The translations under genes and the position numbers were made by a program. DNA of 58,955 nt from an uncultured Thiotrichaceae bacterium (lineage in GTDB: Bacteria; Pseudomonadota; Gammaproteobacteria; SZUA-229), in NCBI GenBank assembly GCA_964651445.1, contig CAZYYW010000003.1, positions 1-58,955 on the forward strand, in the 5' to 3' direction. Shown here piece after piece: positions 20,779-33,567 of the stretch. Under the pieces are notes generated by a model that saw nothing but the letters and a program-made list of their open reading frames with translations, ran no database searches and had not been told where the DNA came from. Position 1 is the stretch's first letter, and every line of letters starts with the position of its first letter.

Positions 20779-22305
20779 TTAAAGTTTAGAAACGGAAATA
20801 TGTTGCAGGAAGTTTTCAACAGTGGCATGCATTACCTCGACTACCGGTGCCGGCCATAAGCCTAGAACCAGAACCGCCAATGCTAAAATACTCATGATGC
20901 CGAATTCCCGCGAATTCAAATCATTTAATCCACGCACGCCTTCATTGGCAATCTCACCATAGAACACACGTTTCACCATCCACAGGGTATAAGCTGCGCC
21001 TAATATCAGCGTTAATGCCGCCAAGAAGGCATACCAGAAATTCGCCTGGAAGCTGGCAATAATAATCATGAATTCACCAACGAAACCGGAAGTGCCCGGA
21101 ATACCTGCATTCGCCATGGCAAAAAATACAGCGAAACCGGCAAAAACCGGCATGGTATGCACCACTCCGCCATAGGCACTAATTTCACGTGTATGCATGC
21201 GGTCGTACAATACGCCAATCATCAGGAACATTGCGGCTGAAATAAATCCATGCGAAATCATCTGGATCATCGCGCCTTCTATTGCAAGTGCGGCGCTGCC
21301 GCCAGTCACTGCGTTTGCCGGATTGTCCCATATCTGGAATACCACAAATAAACCCAGAGTGACAAAACCCATGTGCGCGATAGAAGAATACGCCACCAAT
21401 TTTTTCATATCGCGCTGTACCAGTGCAACAAAGCCGATGTAAACCACTGCCACCAGCGACATAAAAATAATCAACCAGTCTAGCGAGCGCGAGGCATCCG
21501 GTGTTATTGGCATACTAAAACGAAGGAAGCCGTAGCCACCAATTTTTAGCATGATCGCAGCCAGTATCACCGAGCCACCGGTTGGTGCTTCTACGTGCGC
21601 ATCTGGCAGCCAGGTATGCACCGGCCACATCGGTACCTTGACGGCAAATGCCATTAAGAATGCGAGGAAAATTAATATTTGTTCATTGTGTGTCAGAGGT
21701 AGCGTGTGCAAGAATAAAATATCAAAACTGCCGCCTTTGTAATACATATAGATCAATGCCACCAACATAAACACTGAGCCAATAAAGGTATAAATAAAGA
21801 ACTTGATGGTGGCGTAAACTCGATTCTTGCCACCCCAGACACCAATTATGATGAACATTGGTACCAACATCGCTTCCCAGAACACATAGAAGAAAATGGC
21901 ATCCATTGCGGCAAACACGGCAACCATCAAACCTTCCATAATGAGGAATGCGGCTAGATATTGTGACGGTCTTTTCTTGATGACTTCCCAGCCTGCCAAT
22001 ATCACTAATATCGTGGTGAATGTCGTCAGGATAATGAGCGGCATGGAGAAACCATCGACACCCAAATGATAGTGAATATTAAACGCCGGTATCCAAGAGT
22101 ATTTTTCAACAAACTGCATGTCAGATGTGGAAACATCAAAACCCGCATATAAACCCAGACTTAAAAGGAAGGTGGCAATAGCTATGACCAGAGACAATAC
22201 CCGCACACCATTCGCATCGCCTTTATCACCGGCAAGCAACACAGCAATGCCACCAAAAATTGGCAGCCAGACGAGAAGACTTAATAATGGCAGATCAGCA
22301 AACAT
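20779..22305 (-). CDS. nuoM: NADH-quinone oxidoreductase subunit M
   Basis: LGVDGFSMP and KVPMWPVHTWLPDAHVEAPTGGS motifs. Confidence 0.97.
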   Translation of the reverse strand: MFADLPLLSLLVWLPIFGGIAVLLAGDKGDANGVRVLSLVIAIATFLLSLGLYAGFDVSTSDMQFVEKYSWIPAFNIHYHLGVDGFSMPLIILTTFTTILVILAGWEVIKKRPSQYLAAFLIMEGLMVAVFAAMDAIFFYVFWEAMLVPMFIIIGVWGGKNRVYATIKFFIYTFIGSVFMLVALIYMYYKGGSFDILFLHTLPLTHNEQILIFLAFLMAFAVKVPMWPVHTWLPDAHVEAPTGGSVILAAIMLKIGGYGFLRFSMPITPDASRSLDWLIIFMSLVAVVYIGFVALVQRDMKKLVAYSSIAHMGFVTLGLFVVFQIWDNPANAVTGGSAALAIEGAMIQMISHGFISAAMFLMIGVLYDRMHTREISAYGGVVHTMPVFAGFAVFFAMANAGIPGTSGFVGEFMIIIASFQANFWYAFLAALTLILGAAYTLWMVKRVFYGEIANEGVRGLNDLNSREFGIMSILALAVLVLGLWPAPVVEVMHATVENFLQHISVSKL

Positions 22306-22323
22306 TGGATTCCCTTGAAATCA

Positions 22324-22419
22324 ATGAAAAATGAAAAATGAAAAATGAAAAATAATTCATTGTTTCAATTCCGTTTTTCGCTTTTAGTTTTTGTTTGTTA
22401 TTTTTCATTTTTTACTTTT
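22324..22419. repeat. Inverted pair of heptamer arrays in the nuoL-nuoM spacer
   Basis: (ATGAAAA)x4 at 22324-22351, then degenerate complementary heptads (CGTTTTT, CGCTTTT, AGTTTTT, TATTTTT, CATTTTT, TACTTTT) at 22372-22419. Confidence 0.7.
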
Positions 22420-22447
22420 AAATATTTCAACTTCACGCTTCATGGCT

Positions 22448-24442
22448 TCAACCGATCAGCCCAATGGCAAACAACATCAGTGTGCCGATAATCATGGCAA
22501 AGGCATAATGGTAGAGCATGCCTGTTTGTAATTGGCGAGCAACGCTGGCAAACCATGCGACTAACTTCGCAGAACCATTTACCAACAGACCATCAATTAT
22601 TTTTACATCACCGATCTGCCACAAACGGTCACCAAGATGGCGACTACCACTGCCGAAAACGGCTGAGTAAACATCGTCAAAGTAATATTTACGGTCAAGC
22701 AGGTTGTAGATAAAGCTGAATCGGCGTTTTATATTGGTCGCTATGTCCGGCTTTTTCATATAAATAAACCAAGCAGAGAAAACACCCAGCGCCATCAAAT
22801 AAAGCGCCGGCGTTGCAAAGGCGTGTTCAACAAATCCCCAGGCACCGTGGTAGGTCTTAGCAACTTCTGCCAGTCCAACATGGTGTTCTGCGATATAAAC
22901 CGCAGAGCCAAAATATTCACCAAACAACATGTCACCAATAGTAAAGCCACCGATAAACATTGAGGGAATAGCCAGCAGGATTAATGGCACTGTTACCACC
23001 CAGCCGGGCTCATGCAAGTGTTCTTTGGTGTGTTTATCCATACGCTCCTCGCCGTGGAATACCAAGAAGAACATGCGGAAAGAGTAAAACGCAGTAATAA
23101 AGACACCCAACAGAATTGCAACGTACGCAAATTCGGCACCTGGAATATTGGCATGACGCACCACTTCTATGATGCCGTCTTTGGAGAAGAAACCCGACAT
23201 GCCCGGAAAACCAATCAAGGCGAGCGTACCGATCAACGAGGTCCAATAGGTAATCGGTAAATATTTTTTCAGGCCACCCATCTTGCGCATATCCTGCTCA
23301 TGGTGCATTGCCATAATCACCGCGCCAGCCGCCAAGAACAATAGCGCTTTAAAGAAAGCATGTGTCATCAGGTGGAAAACGGCTGCTGAGTATGCCGAAG
23401 CGCCAAGTGCAACCGTCATATAACCCAATTGCGACAAGGTAGAGTATGCAACAACCCGTTTGATGTCGTTTTGCACGATGCCGATCATTCCCATCAACAA
23501 TGCGGTACAGGCACCGGTAACAATGATAAAGCTCAAAGCAGCGTCAGATAATTCATACATCGGTGACATACGTGACACCATAAAGATGCCGGCGGTAACC
23601 ATCGTCGCGGCATGAATCAAAGCAGAAATCGGTGTTGGGCCTTCCATCGAATCGGGCAGCCATACATGTAACGGCATTTGCGCTGATTTGCCCATGGCAC
23701 CAATAAACAACAAAATACAAATGACGCTGATCACATTCCAGTCAACACCGGGGAAGATAGACATGGTTTGCGCTGCCATATTTTCCGCTTGGGCAAACAC
23801 TTCATAATAATCCAAACTGCCGGTATACATAACAATTGCTGCAATACCGAGAATGAAACCGAAGTCACCAACACGATTAACCAGAAAGGCTTTTAAATTT
23901 GCATACACCGCAGTTGGTCGAACGGTCCAGAAACCAATCAACAAATAAGACACCAGACCCACTGCTTCCCAGCCAAAGAACAACTGCAAGAAGTTGTTTG
24001 CCATTACCAGCATCAACATGGAAAAGGTAAACAAGGAGATGTAACTAAAGAAACGCTGGTAAGCATTGGTGCCAGCAAGACTTTCTTTTGGCCAGTTATT
24101 CAAGTCGTCAGCCATATAGCCAACAGTGTACAAATGCACCATTAATGAAACACCGGTGACCACCGACATCATCATCACGGTTAAATTATCAACCAGAAAA
24201 CCTATTTCAAAACGAATGCCGTCTGAGATCATCCACACATAGACCGATTCGTTATAAGCCGGCGCACCATTAAATACATGATGATTAAGCGCAATCAACG
24301 ACAGTACAAAGGAAGTACCAACGCCTAAAATAGTAACGGTATGTGCACCCTTTCGGCCTATTTGTCTGGCAAAAAAACCAGCAATAACAGCACCAAAAAG
24401 TGAAGCCAGCGGAATGGCAAGGTATAGGTCACTCATAGACAT
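22448..24442 (-). CDS. nuoL: NADH-quinone oxidoreductase subunit L
   Basis: GKSAQMPLHVWLPDSMEGPTPISALIHAATMV motif. Confidence 0.97.
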   Translation of the reverse strand: MSMSDLYLAIPLASLFGAVIAGFFARQIGRKGAHTVTILGVGTSFVLSLIALNHHVFNGAPAYNESVYVWMISDGIRFEIGFLVDNLTVMMMSVVTGVSLMVHLYTVGYMADDLNNWPKESLAGTNAYQRFFSYISLFTFSMLMLVMANNFLQLFFGWEAVGLVSYLLIGFWTVRPTAVYANLKAFLVNRVGDFGFILGIAAIVMYTGSLDYYEVFAQAENMAAQTMSIFPGVDWNVISVICILLFIGAMGKSAQMPLHVWLPDSMEGPTPISALIHAATMVTAGIFMVSRMSPMYELSDAALSFIIVTGACTALLMGMIGIVQNDIKRVVAYSTLSQLGYMTVALGASAYSAAVFHLMTHAFFKALLFLAAGAVIMAMHHEQDMRKMGGLKKYLPITYWTSLIGTLALIGFPGMSGFFSKDGIIEVVRHANIPGAEFAYVAILLGVFITAFYSFRMFFLVFHGEERMDKHTKEHLHEPGWVVTVPLILLAIPSMFIGGFTIGDMLFGEYFGSAVYIAEHHVGLAEVAKTYHGAWGFVEHAFATPALYLMALGVFSAWFIYMKKPDIATNIKRRFSFIYNLLDRKYYFDDVYSAVFGSGSRHLGDRLWQIGDVKIIDGLLVNGSAKLVAWFASVARQLQTGMLYHYAFAMIIGTLMLFAIGLIG

Positions 24443-24447
24443 CAGAC

Positions 24448-24753
24448 TTATCCTTTTAATGCGTCGAGTTCTTCGACATTAATGGTTCGACGACTGCGGA
24501 ACAAGGTAACCATAATGGCTAGGCCGATGGCCGCTTCAGCCGCTGCCACCGTCAGAATAAAGAACACAAACACCTGTCCAGATAAATCGTTCAAATAATA
24601 CGAGAACGCGATAAAGTTAATGTTAGCCGCCAGTAGCATCAACTCTATGCACATCAATAACACCACGATGTTTTTTCGATTAAGAAAAATACCGGCGATA
24701 CTAATGGCAAATAAGATTGCAGCCAGTGTTAAATAACTGGTTAAACCGATCAT
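24448..24753 (-). CDS. nuoK: NADH-quinone oxidoreductase subunit K
   Basis: [15 protein letters not shown] and [11 protein letters not shown] motifs. Confidence 0.97.
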   Translation of the reverse strand: MIGLTSYLTLAAILFAISIAGIFLNRKNIVVLLMCIELMLLAANINFIAFSYYLNDLSGQVFVFFILTVAAAEAAIGLAIMVTLFRSRRTINVEELDALKG

Positions 24754-25364
24754 TTCAGCTCCTCTGCATCTGACTTAATAATTTTCAGGCGATCATCACG
24801 TTTAACTTTAATCTGCTCGCTTGGCGTCTGATACTTGGTGGTGCCTCGTCTACGCAAGGTTAAAACAATCGCCGCGATTATCGCGACCAGCAAGATGATG
24901 GCAGCAATTTCAAAAGCCAACACATAATCGGTATACAAAATTTTACCCAGTGCTTCGGTATTACTGTAATCAGCACCTCGCACCACAGCATTATCCAGTG
25001 CTGCCGTCCCCATAACATCGGGGCCCACCGGACCCACCACATAAACCATTACTGCCAGCATCAAAAATGCAAACAAGCCACCCATCGGCAGGTAGGAAAC
25101 AAAACCTTCACGCATTTTCGCAACATTGATGTCCAGCATCATCACCACAAACAAAAACAGCACCATGACCGCGCCAACATAAACCAGTATTAAGGTAAGG
25201 GCTAAAAATTCTGCTTCCAGCATTAACCAGATAGCCGCAGCACTAAAAAACGTCAGCACTAGAAATAATGCTGAATGCACTGGGTTTTTAGACGTCACCA
25301 CACCGAGTGCAGAGATAATAGTCACACCAGCGAATGCAAAGAATAGAAAGTCTGTAATTGTCAT
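24750..25364 (-). CDS. nuoJ: NADH-quinone oxidoreductase subunit J
   Basis: [17 protein letters not shown] motif. Confidence 0.96.
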   Translation of the reverse strand: MTITDFLFFAFAGVTIISALGVVTSKNPVHSALFLVLTFFSAAAIWLMLEAEFLALTLILVYVGAVMVLFLFVVMMLDINVAKMREGFVSYLPMGGLFAFLMLAVMVYVVGPVGPDVMGTAALDNAVVRGADYSNTEALGKILYTDYVLAFEIAAIILLVAIIAAIVLTLRRRGTTKYQTPSEQIKVKRDDRLKIIKSDAEELK

Positions 25365-25380
25365 TATTATTCCTTATGCC

Positions 25381-25507
25381 TTTCCACGTGGAGCATGGGA
25401 GCGAGAAAATAAATTATTCATACTGCTAAATACCATTATTTGTTTTGCCTTTCATCTTTTAGCTCCATGGACGGAGTGTATGCTGGCATTGTCTGGAACA
25501 ATTCCAG
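25381..25507. repeat. Cluster of short REP-like palindromes in the nuoI-nuoJ spacer
   Basis: TTTCCACGTGGAGCATGGGAGCGAG (25381-25405), CTCC-ATGGAC-GGAG hairpin (25463-25476) and CTGGAA-CAA-TTCCAG (25493-25507). Confidence 0.45.
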
Positions 25508-25526
25508 TGCGGTTTTCATTTGCTTA

Positions 25527-26015
25527 TCACCGGTAAGCAGCGTCTGCCTGTTTATTGGCAGCGATTTCTGTTTCGTATTTATCACCAATTTCAAGCAGTT
25601 TTTCTTTGGTCATAATTTGCATACCGTGTTCTTCAAAGTGGTATTCAAAAATATGTGTTTCCACAATTGAATCAACTGGACAGGCTTCTTCACAAAAGCC
25701 GCAATAGATGCACTTGAACAGATCGATGTCATAACGTGTGGTACGGCGAGTACCATCTTCACGTTCTTCGGAATCAATAGTAATCGCCAGTGCCGGACAC
25801 ACTGCTTCACATAATTTACAGGCAATGCAACGCTCTTCGCCATTGGCGTAACGGCGCAGTGCATGCAAACCACGAAAGCGCGGTGACATCGGCGTTTTTT
25901 CTTCCGGGTATTGCACGGTAATTTTACGGGCAAACAAGTAACGTCCAGTAACAGAAAGCCCCTTGAGTAATTCCCAGAAAAGAAAGCTTTTTAGAAAGTG
26001 TTTTATAGTATTCAT
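25527..26015 (-). CDS. nuoI: NADH-quinone oxidoreductase subunit I
   Basis: Two ferredoxin motifs [12 protein letters not shown] and [12 protein letters not shown]. Confidence 0.98.
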   Translation of the reverse strand: MNTIKHFLKSFLFWELLKGLSVTGRYLFARKITVQYPEEKTPMSPRFRGLHALRRYANGEERCIACKLCEAVCPALAITIDSEEREDGTRRTTRYDIDLFKCIYCGFCEEACPVDSIVETHIFEYHFEEHGMQIMTKEKLLEIGDKYETEIAANKQADAAYR

Positions 26016-26036
26016 ATCGTCATCTCTACCTTTTAC

Positions 26037-27113
26037 CTACACAGACCACGGGCCAACTTGTGCAACCACCATTATTGACGCAACAAATAACCAGACAATG
26101 GTAACAGGGATAAATACTTTCCAACCCAAACGCATAATTTGGTCATAACGATAGCGTGGAAACGTTGCCCGAAACCAAAGGAAAAGGAATGCAAAGAAAC
26201 AGGCCTTAGCAAAGAACCAGAAGAAACTCGAAGCACCCAACCAGTGATCGGCACCGACAAAACCTTCAAACGGTGATAACCAGCCACCCAGAAACAGTAA
26301 TGCAGTTAAGGCGGAAATAAGAATGATGTTGGCATATTCAGCAAGGAAGAATACCGCGAATGCCATGCCGGAATATTCGACATGGAAACCGGCAACAATT
26401 TCTGATTCACCCTCAGCGACATCGAAGGGTGCGCGATTGGTTTCCGCCACGCCGGAGATAAAGTAAACCACAAACAAAGGGAATAACCAGACCACAAACC
26501 AGTTACTCATGCCGCCTGCCTGGCTTTCTACAATGACGCTCAAATTCAAACTGCCGCTTGCCATCAAAACGCCTATCAGGGCAAAACCCATGGCAATTTC
26601 ATACGCCACAATTTGTGCACCAACACGCAGTGAACTGAGAATCGCGTATTTCGAATTGGATGCCCAACCGGCAATAATAATGCCGTACACGCCAATCGAG
26701 GTCAGTGCCAACACATAGAGTAAACCCGCATTGATGTCTGCCAATACCACGCCACGGTCAAACGGTATCACCGCCCACGCTGCAAGTGCTGGCATGATGG
26801 CTAATACCGGTGCGATCAAAAATAAATATTTATCTGACTGCGTAGGAATAATAACTTCTTTGAACATCAGCTTCATCGCATCAGCAATGGGCTGTAACCA
26901 ACCTCGGAAGCCGACACGGTTAGGACCAATGCGTATCTGCATATAACCAATAATTTTACGTTCTGCGTAAGTGATGTACGCCACACAAAGCATCAACGGC
27001 CCAAGAATCAAAACAATCTTGAATATGATCCACATTAGAGCCTGCATATCTGCTGGGAACCATGCCCAGACGGCAGCACTCATCGCAATCAATTCATCAA
27101 ACATTTCCATCAT
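26037..27113 (-). CDS. nuoH: NADH-quinone oxidoreductase subunit H
   Basis: RIGPNRVG and [26 protein letters not shown] motifs. Confidence 0.98.
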   Translation of the reverse strand: MMEMFDELIAMSAAVWAWFPADMQALMWIIFKIVLILGPLMLCVAYITYAERKIIGYMQIRIGPNRVGFRGWLQPIADAMKLMFKEVIIPTQSDKYLFLIAPVLAIMPALAAWAVIPFDRGVVLADINAGLLYVLALTSIGVYGIIIAGWASNSKYAILSSLRVGAQIVAYEIAMGFALIGVLMASGSLNLSVIVESQAGGMSNWFVVWLFPLFVVYFISGVAETNRAPFDVAEGESEIVAGFHVEYSGMAFAVFFLAEYANIILISALTALLFLGGWLSPFEGFVGADHWLGASSFFWFFAKACFFAFLFLWFRATFPRYRYDQIMRLGWKVFIPVTIVWLFVASIMVVAQVGPWSV

Positions 27114-29653
27114 GCGCCTCTGGCTTCAGCCAATTCGGCTTCAATGGTTATTTCAGCAAAAGCCGATCCAAGTGCATCACTGCCTGCAACGGCTAATGGA
27201 ATCCAAGCGGATGCGTCGGGAATTGTCTCGTCGATCACCAACGATAAGGTACAACTGTTAGCGCCCTGCTTCACAACCACGAAAGTTTCCGCCGATAGTC
27301 CGAGACGACTGGCTTCAGCATTGTTTAAACGCACACAGATAGACTGTGCATCAACCGTTTGCTGTAGCGAAGCGGCGCGCCGCACGATGGCATCGCTGGC
27401 ATACATTGGAACATCCGATGAGCGATAGAGAGTACCGTCTTTCGCCGCTATAGCCGATACTTTAGCGGTAGTATCATTTAATGTGTTTGATAATTCGATA
27501 GTTTCGCACTGCGCGCGTACTTCGGCTTTTACATCATCAGATGACATGTATTCAAAACCATCAACGCCCGTTAAATTGCCTAGCACTCGTAAAATTTTCC
27601 ACGCTGGGCGAGCGCCACCTTTTGGTTCAACCACACCTTTGAAACTCTGCCAAAAACCTTCGGCATTAACATAAGTACCCGAAGTTTCCATAAAGTTTGC
27701 GGCGGGTAACATCACGTCTGCCACCTGCTGAACAGAGGCTGAGTTGTAGGCTGAAATGGATACCACGAAATCGGCTGCATCCAACGTTGCCATTAAGGCA
27801 CTGGCATCTGCCGCGTCGGTATCCGGTTCGATATTGAGTAATAAACAAGCCGCCAAATTTTCTTCGTTCAATTCGGCAATGTTTTTACCGGTAACGATAT
27901 CGTCTGTTACACCAGCCGTACCACGATGCGGCACCGCACCGGCCAACCATGCACCCGCCGCATTACAGCCGTCACTTAAATAACCAAACACACTATTGGT
28001 TTCTTTGGCAATGGCTTCGCCCAGTACACGCAGCACAGAAAATTGCGGATGCATGTGTGCCAAATTACCGAGCAATACCGTTGCCGCATTGGCTTTCTTT
28101 AACTGCTGCGCGATAGACTTTTGTGCTTTATTCGCTTTTGCGCCTGCCAACAGTGTTGACAGATTTTCCGGTATTGCGTTTTTACTTAACTTGTATGCAG
28201 CCGCGGCAATGGCTGATAATTCAGCCACCATGTGTTGCTGAGCGACGGCGATATTATTGCTAACATCATAATTAAAATCATAAAGCCGAGGATTAACAAA
28301 CGAAATTTTTGCGTTGTTATTAACGCTGGCTTTGCGTAAACGCAGGTTAGCGATGGGTTGCTCTTTGCGTACATTAGAACCAATTAATAACGCGGCATCG
28401 AGTTTTTCTAACTGCTCGATGCTTTGTCCTAACCAAGGCATCACCGGCGCGACATCCTGATCGGAAAAGTCAGATTGGCGTAGGCGGTGGTCAATATTAC
28501 CACTGCCCAACACGCGCATTAATTTCTGCGTCAGGTATTGTTCTTCCAGCGTTGCATTCACTGAAACCAATGCCGCTATTTCGGTTTTTACCGGCGCTGC
28601 TTCTGTCTCCGCATCGGTTCCCGTGTCTGTAGATTCGTCAGTAGGTTTGTCTGCTGCTTGCTCTTCCGACTGCTCAGCTTCTGCCGCTTCGGCTTCTGCC
28701 AATTGTATTTTTAGATCAGCCGCGGCTTTAAATTTATCTGCTACCAATTGCAGTGCTTCGTCCCAGTTTGCTGCCTGCCATTTGCCATCACGTTTAATCA
28801 TTGGCGTGGTTAGGCGATCATCACTTTCTACGCCTTCATAACTGAAACGATCACGGTCTGAAATCCAGACTTCGTTAATGGCTTCGTTTTCACATGGCAC
28901 CACACGTACGACTTCACCACGTAAAATATGTACATTTAGATTTGAGCCGATGCAGTCATGAGGTGCGATAGTTTTATGCTGCACCATTTCCCAGGCGCGA
29001 CCTTTAAAGCGTGAAGGTTTGGCAGTTAAGGCACCGACCGGACAAACGTCAATCGCGTTGCCTGACATTTCAGAGTTGACGCACTCATCAACAAAGGTGG
29101 AGATCAATGCATTTTCACCACGGCCGGTCATGCCCAGCTCACGAATACCGGCAATTTCACGACCAAAACGGACACAACGGGTACAGTGAATACAGCGGGT
29201 TAACTCCGTGGTAATCAACGGCCCGATATTTTTATCAAATGCCACTCGCTTGGCTTCCGTGTATTCGGATACTGACTGACCATAAGCCACTGCCACATCC
29301 TGTAGTTCACATTCACCGCCCTGATCACAGATTGGGCAATCCAACGGGTGGTTAATCAGTAAGAATTCCATGACTGACTTTTGCGCGTCTTTTGCGTATT
29401 TTGATTGTGTGTGTACGATCATGCCATCCATCACTGGCGTGGCACAGGCGGGCAATGGCTTCGGCGCTTTTTCTACTTCGACCAGACACATACGGCAGTT
29501 CGCCGCAACGCTAAGTTTTTTGTGGTAACAAAAACGCGGTACTTTTATATTTTGCGCATCGGTGACTTCAATCAGCATGGCACCTTTGGGTGCTTGTACT
29601 TCATTACCGTCAACAGTGATGGTGACAAACTCTGTATTATTTGCTTCTGACAT
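27110..29653 (-). CDS. nuoG: NADH-quinone oxidoreductase subunit G
   Basis: FCYH...[20 protein letters not shown] and CIHCTRC Fe-S motifs. Confidence 0.97.
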   Translation of the reverse strand: MSEANNTEFVTITVDGNEVQAPKGAMLIEVTDAQNIKVPRFCYHKKLSVAANCRMCLVEVEKAPKPLPACATPVMDGMIVHTQSKYAKDAQKSVMEFLLINHPLDCPICDQGGECELQDVAVAYGQSVSEYTEAKRVAFDKNIGPLITTELTRCIHCTRCVRFGREIAGIRELGMTGRGENALISTFVDECVNSEMSGNAIDVCPVGALTAKPSRFKGRAWEMVQHKTIAPHDCIGSNLNVHILRGEVVRVVPCENEAINEVWISDRDRFSYEGVESDDRLTTPMIKRDGKWQAANWDEALQLVADKFKAAADLKIQLAEAEAAEAEQSEEQAADKPTDESTDTGTDAETEAAPVKTEIAALVSVNATLEEQYLTQKLMRVLGSGNIDHRLRQSDFSDQDVAPVMPWLGQSIEQLEKLDAALLIGSNVRKEQPIANLRLRKASVNNNAKISFVNPRLYDFNYDVSNNIAVAQQHMVAELSAIAAAAYKLSKNAIPENLSTLLAGAKANKAQKSIAQQLKKANAATVLLGNLAHMHPQFSVLRVLGEAIAKETNSVFGYLSDGCNAAGAWLAGAVPHRGTAGVTDDIVTGKNIAELNEENLAACLLLNIEPDTDAADASALMATLDAADFVVSISAYNSASVQQVADVMLPAANFMETSGTYVNAEGFWQSFKGVVEPKGGARPAWKILRVLGNLTGVDGFEYMSSDDVKAEVRAQCETIELSNTLNDTTAKVSAIAAKDGTLYRSSDVPMYASDAIVRRAASLQQTVDAQSICVRLNNAEASRLGLSAETFVVVKQGANSCTLSLVIDETIPDASAWIPLAVAGSDALGSAFAEITIEAELAEARGA

Positions 29654-30996
29654 TACGCTGCCTTCACCTTGCTGTGTTTGTGTTCAACGTAATATTCAAA
29701 TTCCGGACGAAAATGTTTAAGGAAACTACGCACTGGCATTGCGGCGGCATCACCCAGCGCACAAATGGTACGGCCTTCAATTTTGCTGGCAACATCGTCC
29801 AGTTTATCCAGATCTTCCATCCTGCCTTTGCCTTCAACAATGCGCGTTAACATGCGATATAACCAGCCCGTACCTTCTCTGCACGGGGTACACTGACCAC
29901 AAGATTCTGAAAAATAGAATTGGGAAATGCGGCGCAAGGTCAACACCATGTCGGTGGTTTCATCCATCACAATCACCGCGCCGGAACCTAACATCGAACC
30001 GGCTTCAACGATGGAGTCATAATCCATATTGGCTTGCATCATAATCTCACCCGGCACCACTGGCACCGAGGAACCACCTGGAATAACGGCTTTTAACTGA
30101 CGGCCATCTTTAACACCGCCCGCCATTTCCAGTAAATCAGCAAACGATGTGCCCATAGGAATTTCAAAATTACCGGGATTATTCACATGCCCTGAAATAG
30201 AAAATAGTTTTACCCCACCGCTATTGGGAATACCCAGATCCTGAAACCATTCACCGCCGTTGCGCATAATGGCCGGGATAGAAGCCAACGTTTCGGTGTT
30301 ATTGATGGTGGTCGGTTTGCCGTAAAGACCAAAATTTGCGGGAAACGGTGGCTTGAAACGCGGCAGACCACGTTTGCCTTCCAACGAATTTAAAAGAGCC
30401 GTTTCTTCGCCGCAGATATAGGCTCCAGCACCCAATGCTGCATGCAAATCGATACAGACATCAGAGCCTAAAATGTTTTCGCCTAACAGACCTTTTGCAT
30501 AGGCTTCTGCTAAAGCCTGTTTGAAATGAATGGCTGGCTCGTCCATAAATTCGCCGCGCATATAATTGTACCCGTGGGTAGCACCCATGGCATAACAACC
30601 AATCGCCATGCCTTCAACCAATGCATGTGGGTTATAGCGCAAAATTTCACGGTCTTTACAGGTGCCGGGTTCAGACTCGTCCGAGTTACACACCAAGTAT
30701 TTTTGTACGGGCGCGGTACGGGGCATAAAACTCCATTTTAGGCCGGTTGGAAAACCCGCACCACCGCGACCACGCAAACCGGATTTTTTGATTTCTTCAA
30801 CCACATCTTCCGGCGAAATTTTTTCATCTATAATTTTTCGCCACGCTTGATAGCCGCCTGTCTGCAAATAATTTTCATACGACCAAGATTCGCCTTCAAA
30901 CTGCAAGGTAGCGAAACACACTTGCTCGCTTTTGGTATTAACCGCGGGTTTGGTTACCACAGGTTTTACTTTATTATTGTTTTCTGCTGATGACAT
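29653..30996 (-). CDS. nuoF: NADH-quinone oxidoreductase subunit F
   Basis: [30 protein letters not shown] and [12 protein letters not shown] motifs. Confidence 0.98.
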   Translation of the reverse strand: MSSAENNNKVKPVVTKPAVNTKSEQVCFATLQFEGESWSYENYLQTGGYQAWRKIIDEKISPEDVVEEIKKSGLRGRGGAGFPTGLKWSFMPRTAPVQKYLVCNSDESEPGTCKDREILRYNPHALVEGMAIGCYAMGATHGYNYMRGEFMDEPAIHFKQALAEAYAKGLLGENILGSDVCIDLHAALGAGAYICGEETALLNSLEGKRGLPRFKPPFPANFGLYGKPTTINNTETLASIPAIMRNGGEWFQDLGIPNSGGVKLFSISGHVNNPGNFEIPMGTSFADLLEMAGGVKDGRQLKAVIPGGSSVPVVPGEIMMQANMDYDSIVEAGSMLGSGAVIVMDETTDMVLTLRRISQFYFSESCGQCTPCREGTGWLYRMLTRIVEGKGRMEDLDKLDDVASKIEGRTICALGDAAAMPVRSFLKHFRPEFEYYVEHKHSKVKAA

Positions 30997-31004
30997 AGAA
31001 CCAA

Positions 31005-31529
31005 TTACTCCAAACCATCTAAAATCTCATCCACCATTTCTGTGGTGAGATTTTCATAATAAACGTGGTTGACCTGCATCATTGGGCCACCGGCACAAGC
31101 TGCAAGACATTCTTCTTCTTTTTTAAGATAGATACGACCGTCCTCGGTACTTTCACCTATCTTGATATTTAATTTTGTTTCAACATGATCGACAATGTTT
31201 TGCGAGCCCATCAACATGCAGCAGATGTTGGTGCAAATGGCGACATTATTACGTGCCACTGGCTTTAATTCATACATCGAATAAAAACTGGCAACTTCAT
31301 AAACTTCAATTTTTGCCAGACCTAAATATTCGGCGACTGCGACCATTATTTCATCGGTTAAAAATCCGTTGTTTTCATGCTGCACTACATTTAACGCACC
31401 CAGCAATGCAGATTTTTTTTGGTCCGCAGGGAAATGACTTAACAGTTCATCGATTTCTTCACGTGCATGCGCTGACAGTTCAACGATTTCTTTTTCCACT
31501 TCGCTTTCTTTTATGGAGACAACATTCAT
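31005..31529 (-). CDS. nuoE: NADH-quinone oxidoreductase subunit E
   Basis: ICTNICC and [12 protein letters not shown] 2Fe-2S motifs. Confidence 0.96.
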   Translation of the reverse strand: MNVVSIKESEVEKEIVELSAHAREEIDELLSHFPADQKKSALLGALNVVQHENNGFLTDEIMVAVAEYLGLAKIEVYEVASFYSMYELKPVARNNVAICTNICCMLMGSQNIVDHVETKLNIKIGESTEDGRIYLKKEEECLAACAGGPMMQVNHVYYENLTTEMVDEILDGLE

Positions 31530-32782
31530 TATCGATCAACCTCGCCGAACACAATATCCTGAGTACCGATAATGGCTACCACATCGGCTAACATGTGCCC
31601 TCTTACCATTTCGTCCAGCGCAGATATATGCACAAAACCCGGCGCACGAATTTTTAAGCGATAAGGTTTATTCGCGCCATCGGAAATAAGGTAACAACCA
31701 AATTCACCTTTGGGATGTTCGACTGCGGCGTAAACCTCACCTTCGGGCAGGCAGAACCCTTCGGTAAATAATTTGAAATGGTGAATCAATGATTCCATGT
31801 CGGCTTTCATGCCTTCACGTTTTGGCGGTGCGATTTTTTGATTTTCAGTAATAATAATGCCGTCATTAACGCGCAACCAATCAATGCATTGTTTGATAAT
31901 ACGATTGGATTCACGCATTTCTTGAATACGCACCAGATAGCGATCATAACAATCACCATTGGTGCCGATAGGAATGTCAAATTCCATACGATCATAAACT
32001 TCATACGGCTGTTTTTTACGCAGATCCCAAGGGATGCCAGAGCCACGTATCATCGGCCCGGTGAAACCCAATGCTATTGCTCGCTCAGGCGTAACAATGC
32101 CGATGTCCACGGTACGCTGTTTCCAGATACGGTTGTCGGTTAGCAGGGTTTCATATTCATCAACATAGGTGGGGAAGCGTTTGGTAAAGTCTTCCAGAAA
32201 ATCCAGCAAAGTGCCTTCACGGTTTTCATTTAATTTATCGACTTCGCGCTGGCTGTGCCATTTAGATTTTTTATAATGCGGCATGCTGTCGGGTAGATCA
32301 CGTGCAACACCACCGGGACGATAGTAAGTGGCATGCAAACGCGCACCGGAAACGGCTTCGTAAACGTCCATTAAATCTTCACGTTCACGGAAGGCGTAGA
32401 GGAACATGGTCATGGCACCGACGTCGAGTGCATGTGCGCCGATCCATAACAGATGATTAAGGATACGAGTAATTTCATCAAACATGACGCGAATATATTG
32501 TGCACGTTCGGGCACTGAAATATTCATCAGGTTTTCTATCGCCATGACATAAGCGTGCTCGTTGCACATCATGGAAACGTAATCCAATCTATCCATATAA
32601 CCGATGCTTTGGTTATAGGGTTTGGACTCCACTAATTTTTCGGTGGCGCGATGCAGCAGTCCAACATGCGGGTCAGCACGTTCGACAACTTCGCCGTCCA
32701 TTTCCAACACTAGACGTAATACGCCGTGTGCAGCAGGATGCTGAGGGCCGAAGTTGAGGGTATAGTTACGAATTTCAGGCAT
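31529..32782 (-). CDS. nuoD: NADH-quinone oxidoreductase subunit D
   Basis: [14 protein letters not shown] motif. Likely start ATG 32782 (MPEIRNY, 417 aa); the ORF track extends to 32875. Confidence 0.97.
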   Translation of the reverse strand: MPEIRNYTLNFGPQHPAAHGVLRLVLEMDGEVVERADPHVGLLHRATEKLVESKPYNQSIGYMDRLDYVSMMCNEHAYVMAIENLMNISVPERAQYIRVMFDEITRILNHLLWIGAHALDVGAMTMFLYAFREREDLMDVYEAVSGARLHATYYRPGGVARDLPDSMPHYKKSKWHSQREVDKLNENREGTLLDFLEDFTKRFPTYVDEYETLLTDNRIWKQRTVDIGIVTPERAIALGFTGPMIRGSGIPWDLRKKQPYEVYDRMEFDIPIGTNGDCYDRYLVRIQEMRESNRIIKQCIDWLRVNDGIIITENQKIAPPKREGMKADMESLIHHFKLFTEGFCLPEGEVYAAVEHPKGEFGCYLISDGANKPYRLKIRAPGFVHISALDEMVRGHMLADVVAIIGTQDIVFGEVDR

Positions 32783-33557
32783 CTGTTTTCTCCGCTGGCG
32801 CATTCTGGGCTGCCGCATCTTGGGCTGCGCTATCTTGACCTGCAAAGCCATCGCCTTGGCTATCAAAACGCCCATCGTCGCGAATGACTCGCGGTACTAG
32901 CACGCGCGGTTCGATACTGACAGGCTGATAAACCACACGTTTTTGCTCTTCGTCGTATTTCATTTCCACATGCCCGATAAGCGGGAAGTCTTTTCTGAAC
33001 GGGTGCCCGACAAAACCATAATCGGTAAGGATGCGCCGTAAATCGGGGTGACCTTCATAAATAATGCCATACAAATCAAACGATTCTCGCTCAAACCAGT
33101 TAGCGGCCGGCCAGAGATCAATCACCGACGGTACCACTGGAACGGCATCGTCCTGACAATAGATTCGCACCCGTAAACGGTGGTTATGGGTAACCGACAT
33201 AAAATGATAGACCGAGGCAAAACGTGCGCGACCCGAATCGGTACAATCAATGTCGTCACCGAAACGTAAACGTGCGCCGGTTGCAGGTTCAACGCCGCGA
33301 CTAAAACCGGTGGATGAAGGTGACTCAGTTTCCCACTCGACACTGCCGTATTCAGAATAATCCACGCCACAAATATCGATTAATTGCTCGAATTTAAAAC
33401 TTTCGTCATCGCGTAATTTTTCAAACACAGCGAGTGCGTCGGCCGGCAATATTTCGATGGTCACTTCACCAAACACATCATTTTGCATCACCACGTTGGT
33501 TTGCAACTGTGAGCCGAAGGTGACGTCAAGCGCCTGCGATAGTTTCTGAACATTCAT
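32775..33557 (-). CDS. nuoC: NADH-quinone oxidoreductase subunit C
   Basis: [12 protein letters not shown]...[24 protein letters not shown] motif. Confidence 0.97.
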   Translation of the reverse strand: MNVQKLSQALDVTFGSQLQTNVVMQNDVFGEVTIEILPADALAVFEKLRDDESFKFEQLIDICGVDYSEYGSVEWETESPSSTGFSRGVEPATGARLRFGDDIDCTDSGRARFASVYHFMSVTHNHRLRVRIYCQDDAVPVVPSVIDLWPAANWFERESFDLYGIIYEGHPDLRRILTDYGFVGHPFRKDFPLIGHVEMKYDEEQKRVVYQPVSIEPRVLVPRVIRDDGRFDSQGDGFAGQDSAAQDAAAQNAPAEKTDA

Positions 33558-33567
33558 ACCAGCGAGC

